The notes: generated by a model from the letters alone, not told the origin. A DNA stretch of 64,000 nt from Bacteroidetes bacterium ADurb.Bin145 (GCA_002070505.1 MWDJ01000004.1:68695-132694); one strand, 5' to 3'; counted from the stretch's first letter, positions 36,653 to 45,885 are shown. Program-made: numbers and translations.

Positions 36653-37750
36653 TCATGAAGTCTTCAGAGGCTGCATCCACTGAAGCTGGGTGTCGATATT
36701 ATCGCTGAGTTTGTACTGGATAATATGTTTATCAATATCCTGGCCACCGATAATATCTATTTTATCGCGATCCACTATTCCTAATCCGTCAGCTGCGCCA
36801 AAGTTAAGATATCCGACATTTTCGAGAGGGATACCCATCAGCCTGGCACAGAGGCTGTCAATTGCAAAAGAATCTTCGCCTGCCATAGCTATTCTGTGAT
36901 CAGCAACATATCCCCGGCTTGGACCGTTGCCCTGCATCCCTTCAACACCATCGATAATAGCAAGATCCGGCCTTATCTGTTTTGCCATCTGATAGATATT
37001 GTAATGCAGCCACCGTGCACCGGCAGCGTGCATTCTTCTCTTGTAATGGGTAGGCTGAGCTCCGTCTACTCCCGGCATTATCATAGGAGCTCCCATCATG
37101 ATGTTCTTTACTGCTGCAGTCATTATGACAGTGTTATGTGTCTTGAGCCTTGACAATGATATTATATAATAGTCGGGATTTACGAATACATCAGCTATCT
37201 GTATTTTATCGGGATAGAGATTCTGATCAAGAATGAAAACCGGGCTGCCGGCTGCTTTATTCAGGTCAACGAATTTGATATCAAAATCTTTCTGGAGATC
37301 CAGATATCCGTAATTCTTAAACCCGACAGCGGAGTTACCGTCGCCGGCTGATGCTTCAGCAACGATGAACTGATTTTTATAGAAGGGTTGCAGGAATTCC
37401 ATCACTCCGCGGATAGCATCTACATGGGTTGCACAAAGCGGAGCATTTGTTGATACCATATTCACTTTTATTAAAACCTGTTTACCTTTGATCCCGGCTT
37501 TTATCTTAGCCTCGAATGGTTTCATCACTTCAGCCATCATTGCCCGGCGGTCGGTGCCTGTTGTAAAGGCTATGCTGCTGCGACCCGAAGTGTTCAGAGG
37601 CTGTCTTTTTACTGGTTGAGCCAGGCCTTCGAATTTATCAACTGAAGGAATGAATCCGAAATTTCCCATCAGCATTGCAGCAGAACCGAGCCCTATGTAC
37701 TTAAGCATGTCCCGTCTGCTTGTCGTAAATTGATCTTCATTCTTTTTCAT
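36653..37750 (-). CDS. DUF362 domain protein with twin-arginine (Tat) signal peptide
   Basis: N-terminus ...TSRRDMLKYIGLGSAAML matches S/T-R-R-x-F-L-K. The body resembles the DUF362 pattern (VNMVS..., LKTHN..., MQGNGP). Confidence 0.7.
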   Translation of the reverse strand: MKKNEDQFTTSRRDMLKYIGLGSAAMLMGNFGFIPSVDKFEGLAQPVKRQPLNTSGRSSIAFTTGTDRRAMMAEVMKPFEAKIKAGIKGKQVLIKVNMVSTNAPLCATHVDAIRGVMEFLQPFYKNQFIVAEASAGDGNSAVGFKNYGYLDLQKDFDIKFVDLNKAAGSPVFILDQNLYPDKIQIADVFVNPDYYIISLSRLKTHNTVIMTAAVKNIMMGAPMIMPGVDGAQPTHYKRRMHAAGARWLHYNIYQMAKQIRPDLAIIDGVEGMQGNGPSRGYVADHRIAMAGEDSFAIDSLCARLMGIPLENVGYLNFGAADGLGIVDRDKIDIIGGQDIDKHIIQYKLSDNIDTQLQWMQPLKTS

Positions 37751-37954
37751 AAAATCGTTTATTATATTTTAAAAGAATAAGTTATGATTTAAAACCCCGG
37801 TAATTTCTCCATTTAAGACCTTATTACAAATTTAATACACTTATGGATTCCATGGACTCATAAACCATTGTAAAACAAACTAATTAAGTTTTTTTAACTA
37901 TGTTGAACCATCAATAAACGTAATTAAAAATGCTTTACTTCTGCCTTACATTGA

Positions 37955-39421
37955 TTACTGTATTTGTGTAACTGTTGTAACGAAAGTTGTTACACAGCCT
38001 GGTGCCAGTGTTGCTTTTAAAATATTGTCAACAATTTTAAGTTCCGGAAGGTTTACAAGGTTCTCTGTGGCAGATGTTCTGCATGGCGTTGCCGATGTTG
38101 CAGTTATATTATTAAGACGAAGTTCCAGTTTCCTGGTGCTTACATTCTCATTGATAGCTACTATAACAAGCTTATTTTGCTGTTCATTCTTGTATGCCGA
38201 CACCAGAACGCCGGGAGCTACTTCTGAATCAACAGGTATGCGGAAGTATCCCGGCCTTACGAAACGGCTGAAATTACCTATCGTATACAACCGTTTGTCT
38301 ACGGTGTAAGTGTTGGTTTTAGTATCCATATGGATCATGCTCCCTCCTGCAGGATACTGGCTTATAGCCCACCAGTAGAACCATCCGCTTGTGTTATTCT
38401 CGGCAACATGTGTATGCAGCACCTTTGCCCAGTACAGTCCGTCGCGTATATCAGGATAGTTCCTCCCCAGGTTGGCTGCTTCGGTCTGCCATATTTTTTT
38501 CTTAAGCTTCAGTGATTCGACCAGCGGTCCGGAGCGTTGCGATATTGGTGGGAAGGGTCCTCTGTCGGCTGTACCATAGGCGTGCACACCGACGATATCA
38601 ACGCGTTTTGCAGTTACTGTGTCCTCCAGTGACTCAAGTACAGGATTTTCTGTCCAGGCACTATGCTCCCCCACTATTACTTTTGCTGTGATCTTGTCGC
38701 GCTCAAATACCGGGATAAGGAACTTAAGGAACTCATTGAATTCCTTTCCGTTCCAGTAGCACGAAGAATACTTCACTGTGACATCCGGTTCATTGGCCAG
38801 GGAAACAGAGTGGATTTCAATTCCGTGATGTTCCTTGTAACCCCGGATATACATTGAAAGGTATTCGGCGTAAGCCAGGTACTTGTCAGGTCGCAAGCGT
38901 CCTCCCACAACATTGTTATTGGTTTTCATCCAGGCCGGCGGGCTCCAAACGGTACTCGTGTAACGGATGCAGCCTCGCTTACCGGCTTCGCGCATTAGCC
39001 ATATCTCATCTTCATCGCCTGTCCAGTTCCATACACCCTCCTGCGGTTCGATCGAAGGTGAAGGCCCGTTGGTTGCTGATCCCCACGAACCGCCGTCGCC
39101 GACAAAATTGCGGACAATTGATAATCCTGCTCCTTTTGTTTGTGAGAACAAAATATCAAGTATTTCGGAGCGTTGGGGTTCGGGGAAATTCATGAGGTTA
39201 CCCGCCATGTGAAAGGCTCCCGAAGCCCCGAAGCCGTCTATCTCCTGAGCCGTTCGCTTCCAGTCAATGGTTCCGGTGCTTACAGCTGTAAGAGAGATCC
39301 CTCCGGGTAAAGGAGCGCCGGCAGGCTGCTGCCCGGGCTGAGAATGCGCAATACATGCAGGAATTATTGCCAGTACGGCGCAAATGATTAATCTTAACAC
39401 TGCTCTTTTTTCCATGATCAA
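37955..39421 (-). CDS. Glycoside hydrolase family 30 protein
   Basis: Signal peptide, GFGASGAFH, acid/base context SLANEPD, nucleophile context IWQTEA, C-terminal beta-sandwich. Confidence 0.75.
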   Translation of the reverse strand: MIMEKRAVLRLIICAVLAIIPACIAHSQPGQQPAGAPLPGGISLTAVSTGTIDWKRTAQEIDGFGASGAFHMAGNLMNFPEPQRSEILDILFSQTKGAGLSIVRNFVGDGGSWGSATNGPSPSIEPQEGVWNWTGDEDEIWLMREAGKRGCIRYTSTVWSPPAWMKTNNNVVGGRLRPDKYLAYAEYLSMYIRGYKEHHGIEIHSVSLANEPDVTVKYSSCYWNGKEFNEFLKFLIPVFERDKITAKVIVGEHSAWTENPVLESLEDTVTAKRVDIVGVHAYGTADRGPFPPISQRSGPLVESLKLKKKIWQTEAANLGRNYPDIRDGLYWAKVLHTHVAENNTSGWFYWWAISQYPAGGSMIHMDTKTNTYTVDKRLYTIGNFSRFVRPGYFRIPVDSEVAPGVLVSAYKNEQQNKLVIVAINENVSTRKLELRLNNITATSATPCRTSATENLVNLPELKIVDNILKATLAPGCVTTFVTTVTQIQ

Positions 39422-39609
39422 TTTCCTTTAAGGTTAGTTATTATTTGACCGGATAATTTTACTTATGTCTTAACCACTAAGATGTTCTATAAAGATAAAA
39501 CAGATCAAAGACTTATTCAATAAAGAATACGGAATGTTTCACTATCTGTATTATCTTTCAGCGATTTTTTTTTAGCTTGCCTGCTAATGTGATTTTAAAA
39601 TCAAGATCA

Positions 39610-40950
39610 ATGAAAATCAGATTTAAAAGAATATCCATTCTGTTTATAATCATTTCATCAGTTCTGGCAAGTCGTTGCTCAAAAGATCCTCAGGATACAA
39701 CCGATTGGCCTCAGTACCTCGGTCCTCACAGAAATAGCATCTCTGATCAGAAAGGCCTTCTCCGCTCGTGGCCGGAAAAGGGACCGAAAGTCCTCTGGAC
39801 GGCCGGGTTGGGAACAGGATTCGGCGGAGCTGTTATAAGAGACGGTAAAGTATATGTGCTTGACAGGGATGATGAAGTCGGGGATTATATAAGATGTTAT
39901 GATCTGGCAAACGGCAAGGAACTCTGGAACTACGGTTACAGCGCCCCGGGCAGGGTAAGGTTCCATGGTTCCCGCGGAATGCCGGCACTTGATGGTAATT
40001 ATATTTACTCCTGTGGACACAATGGCGATCTGTATTGTATTGACATTAATACTCATAAACCTGTCTGGAATAAAAATGTCTGGAAGGATTTCGGAGGAAC
40101 TGAATTGCCAACCTGGGCAATTGTACAGTGCCCGCTGGTTTACAACGATCTGCTGATCGTTGCTTCTCAGGCTCCGGAAGCCGGAGTAGTGGCCTATAAT
40201 AAACTTACAGGCAATGTGGTCTGGAATACGCCTCCTCTTGGCAATATAGGTTATGTAAGTCCGGCTATTATAAAAGCCGGAGATGAGGATCATGTGGTAA
40301 TGATCACTGCTGCTTCGCGCGGAGCTTTCGGAGAAAGTACCAGTTCAAGCCGGGTAGTCGGTATTGATCCTGTTAACGGTTCAATACTCTGGGAATATAC
40401 CGGATGGCAGTGTTCAATTCCTGTACCTGGTGCAGTTGATGCAGGCGAAGGAAGGGCTTTGATAACAGGCGGTTACCAGGAAGGTTCGGTAATGCTGTTA
40501 ATTGAAAAGACAGAAGATGGCAAATATACTGTGACTGAACTATATAAGAACCCTGATTTTGGTGCTCATACACAGCCGCCGGTTCTTTACAATGGCTATT
40601 TTTATACGCAGTTCTCGACAAATAACAAAAAGGAGGGGCTTGTTTGCATGAGCATCGACGGCCAGGTCAAATGGAGAACGAGGAGGTCGCCTGCATTTGA
40701 TAAAGGGGGGATCATTGCTACCGACGGGTTGCTGATATGCACTGACGGAAGTACTAAACTCTATCTTGTTGAACCCGATCCTTCAGCTTTTAAACCTGTA
40801 GCGTCAGCTGAGTTACTGGTAGCAAATCCTGGAGATGAAAATGAAGCAGCCAGGTTTGCAACTCAGAACTGGGCTCCATTGGCTCTTGCAGAAGGCAGAC
40901 TGCTTATAAGGGACCAAAGCAGGTTGTTATGTGTTCAAGTTGTTAAATAG
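39610..40950 (+). CDS. PQQ-like (BamB-type) beta-propeller repeat protein
   Basis: Signal peptide from MKIRFKRISILF. Repeated ...G.(V/L)W... blades (KELWNY, KPVWNK, NVVWNT, SILWEY, QVKWRT). Confidence 0.7.
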   Translation: MKIRFKRISILFIIISSVLASRCSKDPQDTTDWPQYLGPHRNSISDQKGLLRSWPEKGPKVLWTAGLGTGFGGAVIRDGKVYVLDRDDEVGDYIRCYDLANGKELWNYGYSAPGRVRFHGSRGMPALDGNYIYSCGHNGDLYCIDINTHKPVWNKNVWKDFGGTELPTWAIVQCPLVYNDLLIVASQAPEAGVVAYNKLTGNVVWNTPPLGNIGYVSPAIIKAGDEDHVVMITAASRGAFGESTSSSRVVGIDPVNGSILWEYTGWQCSIPVPGAVDAGEGRALITGGYQEGSVMLLIEKTEDGKYTVTELYKNPDFGAHTQPPVLYNGYFYTQFSTNNKKEGLVCMSIDGQVKWRTRRSPAFDKGGIIATDGLLICTDGSTKLYLVEPDPSAFKPVASAELLVANPGDENEAARFATQNWAPLALAEGRLLIRDQSRLLCVQVVK

Positions 40951-40964
40951 ATATCATACCACTG

Positions 40965-41110
40965 GTTGCCGTTGGCTGAAGCCAATGGCAAGGGAATAAT
41001 TTAGAGATCTTTTCAAATTTTGGCTGGAGGCTGGTGTTCAGAAATACTATTTACCGGCGGCTTCAGCCGCCCGGCAGGAACACCAAGGGGGGCACGGACT
41101 TTAGTCCAAA
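40965..41110. repeat. Cluster of GC-rich hairpins (GGC-TGAA-GCC / GGC-TTCA-GCC type)
   Basis: TTGCCGTTGGC-TGAA-GCCAATGGCAA (40965..40990), GGCGGC-TTCA-GCCGCC (41055..41070), GGAC-TTTA-GTCC (about 41096..41107). Confidence 0.6.
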
Positions 41111-41400
41111 ATCCGCTCAAGATTATTTTCCTCTATCAGCCTGCAAAAGCCGGAAGCTTAAACCATATTTGGTCAGTTATTTAATCAAAAAGATAAGACA
41201 CATGATTACAGCAACTTACCAAAGGCCAGATGTGGTTATTTTACTTTGGCATGAAGTGATTTAGGGTGCTGGCTTTCCCAGCCTGAATAGCTATATCCGG
41301 AAATACACAAAAACCAGAACCAGTTCTAAACCAGAATCATTCTTGACTACAAAAGCAGGACATATTGACCACATTCGGCCGGATAAAAGAAAATATTTGA

Positions 41401-41408
41401 TAACTTTG
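41401..41408 (+). promoter_or_regulatory. -7 motif TAACTTTG upstream of the 41510 gene
   Basis: Matches TAnnTTTG and implies a 5' UTR of about 95 nt. Confidence 0.35.
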
Positions 41409-41509
41409 CGATAGTAAAAGCCGTTTGTGATTTATCTGGGATTTTCATTGAACGATATTTTCCAAACAACTTCGAAAGTTTATTATCTTTTTAACAAATA
41501 AATGATCTT

Positions 41510-42397
41510 ATGAGAAAGCAAATTATGTCGTTTTTGCTGGTTGCATTTTTAGGTTCTATTACCACTTATGCAGCAGGGCCAATAATCAAAAACATGGGTG
41601 AGTCCAAATACTGCGTTCAGGTGGGAAATGTATCAATGACAATTGATGCTGCCGCAGGAGCAAAGATTCTTTCCTATAAGTACAATGATTCGGAAATAAT
41701 ATCTCAATCCCCAATGAGAGAAGCATTCGGAAGCACCTTCTGGACAAGTCCTCAGAGAGAGTGGAACTGGCCTCCGGTTCAGGAATATGATAAAGATCCA
41801 TATACTGTCGAACAAACTTCTTCTTCGTTAATTATGACCGGTCAGGTATCTCAAAGATTCAAATATCGTATCCGTAAGGAATTCAAGGCCGATGAAAAAG
41901 ACAATGCCATAGTCATCACATACTCCATAATTAATGAATCTGAAGAAACAAGAAAAGTAGCTCCTTGGGAAGTTACCCGTGTTAACAATGAAGGCATAAT
42001 CTTTTTTGATGCACCTTCAGAAGCAATAACACCGGCAAATCGCATCCCATTTACACAGGAATATGGTGTATCATGGTATAAGACAGATGAGGGGAAGGCA
42101 AACCGTAAAATAAATGCTGACGGTAAGGGCTGGCTTGCGTATTGCGCAAACAACCTGCTTCTTGTTAAAAAGTTTGATGATTTGACTGCTTCTCAACCTG
42201 CTCCTAATGAGGCTGAAATACAGGTTTATGTAAACAGTGGTAAGACCTATATCGAATTGGAAAACCAGGGTGTCTACAATGAATTGAAACCCGGTGAATC
42301 CCTTTCATATACCGTTAGATGGTATCTGGTACCTGCCAAATCCGAATCAATTCCATCAAAAAAGATGCTATCAAAAGTCAGGAAGCTTATCAAATAA
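41510..42397 (+). CDS. Hypothetical secreted protein (possibly DUF4380 / mutarotase-like)
   Basis: Signal peptide and an all-beta-looking sequence. The family assignment is a weak recollection only. Confidence 0.45.
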   Translation: MRKQIMSFLLVAFLGSITTYAAGPIIKNMGESKYCVQVGNVSMTIDAAAGAKILSYKYNDSEIISQSPMREAFGSTFWTSPQREWNWPPVQEYDKDPYTVEQTSSSLIMTGQVSQRFKYRIRKEFKADEKDNAIVITYSIINESEETRKVAPWEVTRVNNEGIIFFDAPSEAITPANRIPFTQEYGVSWYKTDEGKANRKINADGKGWLAYCANNLLLVKKFDDLTASQPAPNEAEIQVYVNSGKTYIELENQGVYNELKPGESLSYTVRWYLVPAKSESIPSKKMLSKVRKLIK

Positions 42398-42577
42398 CCT
42401 GAACAATATGCTGAAAATTGGAGAGCGGCAATTTACTCACCAAGAAATACACAAAAATATTAGTAGAGAATATATTGGCAAGAGAACTGTTAGGAGACAA
42501 TTTCCACTAATTAGGGCAAGGTTTTATTGTTAAGAAGTCCTAAATTTGAGAATTAGCTACTTAAGTTGAAAAAATAC

Positions 42578-43105
42578 TCACTTTATATACTCTGCCACCT
42601 CACCATTATTTAATGGCTTTATTTCTTGTAAGGCCTTATACCCTCTCTTCTCCATAATTTTCATGAGCACTTTCAGGAACATCACATGACTGACAACAAT
42701 ACAGTCCTCGTTTTTATCCTCAATCATATCAAGGAACTTATTAGCCCTTTCGTTTGTTTCTTTCCGGGTCTCATTCTGGGTTCTCAGATTGAGTATGCTC
42801 TTCAGTAAAGCAAATCTGTGGCACATTCTTACAGGTAAGCGAAAATAAATGAAACTCGATCCCTGCAGATCAATCTCATCAATCAAACTGGTACTTATTA
42901 TAGTCTTATTACCTTTAAAATACTTTGCAGTTTCCCGGGTTCTGGATAAAGAACTTGTATATACTTTTTCAATCGGAAAATCCAGTTCTCTGACGTTTAT
43001 AACCGGACTGTTGTTGTAATTCTTTAGAGCTTCGATGTATTCCATGTGATTATAGTCTTTCTCCCAGCGGAAATCAACCTTAAAATGCCGTATAAGTAAG
43101 ATCCT
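42578..43105 (-). CDS. Histidine phosphatase (phosphoglycerate mutase-like) family protein
   Basis: MRILLIRHFKV (RH catalytic motif), SSLSRTRETA, VVSHVMFL. Start moved to ATG 43105 because the 26-aa N-terminal extension in the track looks spurious. Confidence 0.7.
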   Translation of the reverse strand, partial: RILLIRHFKVDFRWEKDYNHMEYIEALKNYNNSPVINVRELDFPIEKVYTSSLSRTRETAKYFKGNKTIISTSLIDEIDLQGSSFIYFRLPVRMCHRFALLKSILNLRTQNETRKETNERANKFLDMIEDKNEDCIVVSHVMFLKVLMKIMEKRGYKALQEIKPLNNGEVAEYIK

Positions 43106-43409
43106 CATAAATAGTTTTTTATCTGACTTACATTTATCTAAAGATACTGCTTTTAGATAAATAAATCTGCCCTCGGAATCCATCTCCGGGGGCTTTCTCT
43201 TTCGTAGAGGATATCCTGTCGATTTTTTACCTGACGTGTCCCTGATATATAGGTACTATAAGGTCATATTAGGTCAAAGTGATAGTAAAGTGCCACTTGG
43301 AGGTTTATGCCCTTATTTACACCCTATATACAGTTTACATTGGAAGATTTCAAAATAAATTTGACTTTGGCTTTTTGGTGGTATAACTTTACTATATACA
43401 ACTATAATC

Positions 43410-44972
43410 ATGAAAAAGTATCTTCTTGTATTAATATCAGGATTGATATTCACGTCCTTAACGGGTCAGGAGAATCGAAAATCAGAAACCGTGCAGACTA
43501 TAACTATTGAAGAACTTCGCGATCACATATATTATTTAGCATCAGATGAACTGGAAGGACGCCTTCCTGGGACTCCTGGTATTGAAAAGGCTATGGAATA
43601 TGCTGTCACACAATTCCGGCAGGCAGGATTAATCCCGTTCCACCTATCCAGTGATTCCAGGTTATCTTATTATCAGGATTTGACAGTTAACAAGTATTTA
43701 CCGCATCCGGATAACCAAATTAAAATAATCAGAAATACTGGTGAACGTACTTTTACTTTTGAGGATAATTACATTATAGGATATGACAACAATTTTGAAA
43801 TAAGAGAAATAGCCGGAGGATTGGCTTTTATCGGTTATGGGATCAGAGAACCAGCTTATGGGATTGATGAATACAAGAATATTGATGTAAAGGGGAAGTG
43901 GGTTGTCACCCTGCCCTATACTGAAGAGCTTCCGGAATACATAAGAAAAAAAATTCCCCAGGGATTGTTGCAGAAATATCAAAAAAGCAGCCTGGCAAGG
44001 CTGCTGAATAAATTGCAGAATGCTTTTGATGCCGGTGCAATTGGATTAATTGAAGTATCAACCAGTTCTTACACTACTGATCGTTGGAAAAGAATTGCCC
44101 TTTCAAACCGTGTTCACTACAATATCCCCGGGTTAAGCAATCTGGATTTTGGTGAAAAATGCCCTTTGGTAAAGTTGGACTCTGCTATGACTGATTATTT
44201 GTTCAATCAGGAAAAATACAATCCGGTGAGAAACAAAGGTTCGTATAAATCTTTTTTATTTGAGAATGCTGAATTCAGGTTAAAGAAAGAATATGAAATC
44301 TTACCCATCAAAACGGCAAATGTTGTGGCATTGATTGAAGGCTCTGATCCAAACCTTAAAAATGAATATATTGCATTAACTGCACACATAGATCATTTGG
44401 GAATTGATGGAAATGAAATCTTTAACGGTGCTGATGATGATGCAAGCGGATGTGCTTCAGTATTTGAAATTTCAGAGGCACTGGCAAAATCCAAACTTAG
44501 AAGGTCTGTAATATGCATATTATTTACAGGAGAGGAATTTGGTTTGCTCGGTTCATACTACTTTACAGAAAATCCGCCAGTTACATTAAAAAATATCATT
44601 GCTGACGTTAATATTGATATGATTGGTCGTCCTGATACAGTTCCGAACGAATTCAGCAGTGTCGGGGCTGACAGAATCAATCCTAAACTGAAGGAGATTA
44701 TTAATGCAGTAAATAAGAAAACCTCTGACTTTATTTTAGACACAGTTAACCATAATAACGATTTTATGAGAGGGGACCAATATACTTTCCATTTAAAGAG
44801 AATCCCTTCCGTCATGTTTACATCACTTGAACATGATGATTATCATACTCCTGCTGATGATCCTGAGAAGATTGATTACGAGTTTTTACAGAAAAGCTGT
44901 CAGTTGATATATGAAATTATCTTAGAACTTGCAAACGGAGATATTAACCTGATAGATCAGGGGTTTAATTGA
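43410..44972 (+). CDS. M28 family metallopeptidase with PA domain
   Basis: Signal peptide. Zn ligand motifs AHIDH, GADDDASG, EEFGLLGS and DYHTPADD. Confidence 0.85.
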   Translation: MKKYLLVLISGLIFTSLTGQENRKSETVQTITIEELRDHIYYLASDELEGRLPGTPGIEKAMEYAVTQFRQAGLIPFHLSSDSRLSYYQDLTVNKYLPHPDNQIKIIRNTGERTFTFEDNYIIGYDNNFEIREIAGGLAFIGYGIREPAYGIDEYKNIDVKGKWVVTLPYTEELPEYIRKKIPQGLLQKYQKSSLARLLNKLQNAFDAGAIGLIEVSTSSYTTDRWKRIALSNRVHYNIPGLSNLDFGEKCPLVKLDSAMTDYLFNQEKYNPVRNKGSYKSFLFENAEFRLKKEYEILPIKTANVVALIEGSDPNLKNEYIALTAHIDHLGIDGNEIFNGADDDASGCASVFEISEALAKSKLRRSVICILFTGEEFGLLGSYYFTENPPVTLKNIIADVNIDMIGRPDTVPNEFSSVGADRINPKLKEIINAVNKKTSDFILDTVNHNNDFMRGDQYTFHLKRIPSVMFTSLEHDDYHTPADDPEKIDYEFLQKSCQLIYEIILELANGDINLIDQGFN

Positions 44973-45259
44973 ACTATTTCAAGGTATTCGACAAACAAGC
45001 AACCATCAGGGGAGTCAATATCGTTAACACGGGGCATGAATTTTAAGTGAGATAAAAATTTGTCGATAGCCCCCGCCCTCAAATAAGCATTCTTTTTTGC
45101 GACATTGAATAAAAAATACGTCAAGTTGTTACCTCCCTCGTAACAAAAGCATTTGAGATAAAATTGCCAGAAGGGCATTTAAATCGAGTTCTCACAATGC
45201 GTTAACTTTGCATTAAAAGGTTAGTTTATGAACAAACAGGAATGAGAAAGTGCGGCAAG

Positions 45260-45295
45260 ATATAAATCAAAAGGGCTTGCATTATCGCAAACCCT
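45260..45295 (-). terminator. Intrinsic terminator after tRNA-Pro
   Basis: Minus strand AGGGTTTGC-GATAAT-GCAAGCCCT (one mismatch) followed by TTTGATTTATA. Confidence 0.55.
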
Positions 45296-45308
45296 CATCT
45301 TTTCTTTG

Positions 45309-45382
45309 TCGGGGTGATCCGACTTGAACGGACGACCCCTTGCACCCCATGCAAGTGCGCTAGCCAACTGCGCCACACCCCG
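45309..45382 (-). tRNA. tRNA-Pro (anticodon GGG)
   Basis: Minus strand CGGGGTG-TG-GCGC-AGTTGGCTA-GCGC-A-CTTGC-ATGGGGT-GCAAG-GGGTC-GTCCG-TTCAAGT-CGGAT-CACCCCG-A. Full cloverleaf drawn by hand; CCA not encoded. Confidence 0.85.
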
Positions 45383-45414
45383 ATATATTCTTTTGACTAT
45401 TTATCGCCTCTCTG

Positions 45415-45463
45415 GGACGACCCTTCCGCTTTAGGCGGAATGCGCTAGCCAACTGCGCCACAC
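45415..45463 (-). pseudogene. tRNA-like fragment (D arm, variant anticodon arm, start of T stem) upstream of tRNA-Pro
   Basis: It shares 23 identical nt (GTGTGGCGCAGTTGGCTAGCGCA) and 9 nt (GGGTCGTCC) with tRNA-Pro. It has its own 5-bp anticodon-type stem TTCCG/CGGAA with loop CCTAAAG. The acceptor and T arm are missing. Confidence 0.6.
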
Positions 45464-45537
45464 TTATTAATCAGGCCGCTCCATTAACATAATAGTATTC
45501 TATTTACTTTAGTCTCAGCCTGAATTTTAAACCTTCG

Positions 45538-45545
45538 CAAAATTA
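45538..45545 (-). promoter_or_regulatory. -7 motif TAATTTTG upstream of the tRNA-like fragment and tRNA-Pro
   Basis: Matches TAnnTTTG on the minus strand, about 75 nt upstream of the fragment and about 155 nt upstream of the tRNA-Pro 5' end. Confidence 0.4.
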
Positions 45546-45645
45546 ATCAACAATTCCAATTTAGCAAAAGAGTATGCCAACCCTTAAAAAAATCCTTTTT
45601 TCGTTGTCTAAATAAGGTTAAATCAGTATATTAACCGGCAGAATA

Positions 45646-45840
45646 TTATACCACCGATGCTGCCCATATCTTTTCACTTAACTTATGGAAAGGATTTTCC
45701 ACACTTTGCGATAACTTCGTAAGAAACCTCTGACGAGCACCCTCATCTGATTCACCAACTTTCTTTGCAACCCAGGTATAGGCATTTATTCTTACAAAGC
45801 CAGACTGATTATCAGCCTTAAAATGTCTTACTTTTTTCAT
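45646..45840 (-). CDS. Hypothetical small protein (64 aa)
   Basis: ORF only, in the AT-rich gene-poor stretch. No family recognised. Confidence 0.3.
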   Translation of the reverse strand: MKKVRHFKADNQSGFVRINAYTWVAKKVGESDEGARQRFLTKLSQSVENPFHKLSEKIWAASVV

Positions 45841-45885
45841 AGCTATATTTTTTATGGTTGAAGGAAATTCTATTGTGAATTATGA

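Noticed and set aside
41034-41264. 76-aa ORF in the hairpin-rich spacer
   Set aside because: It spans GC-rich palindromes, has no start context and no family resemblance. It is probably a repeat-derived artefact.
43106-43183. N-terminal 26-aa extension of the histidine phosphatase
   Set aside because: The catalytic RH motif normally sits within about 10 residues of the N-terminus, and MRILLIRH at 43105 fits this.
44957-45178. 73-aa minus-strand ORF overlapping the 3' end of the M28 peptidase gene
   Set aside because: No recognisable family, overlaps a confident gene, and lies in the decayed AT-rich stretch. It is at best a remnant.
45203-45305. Possible small RNA: a TAACTTTG promoter motif (45203..45210, plus strand) followed by a hairpin and T-rich tail
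   Set aside because: The hairpin is more simply the intrinsic terminator of the opposite-strand tRNA-Pro. The single promoter-like octamer in AT-rich DNA is weak evidence.
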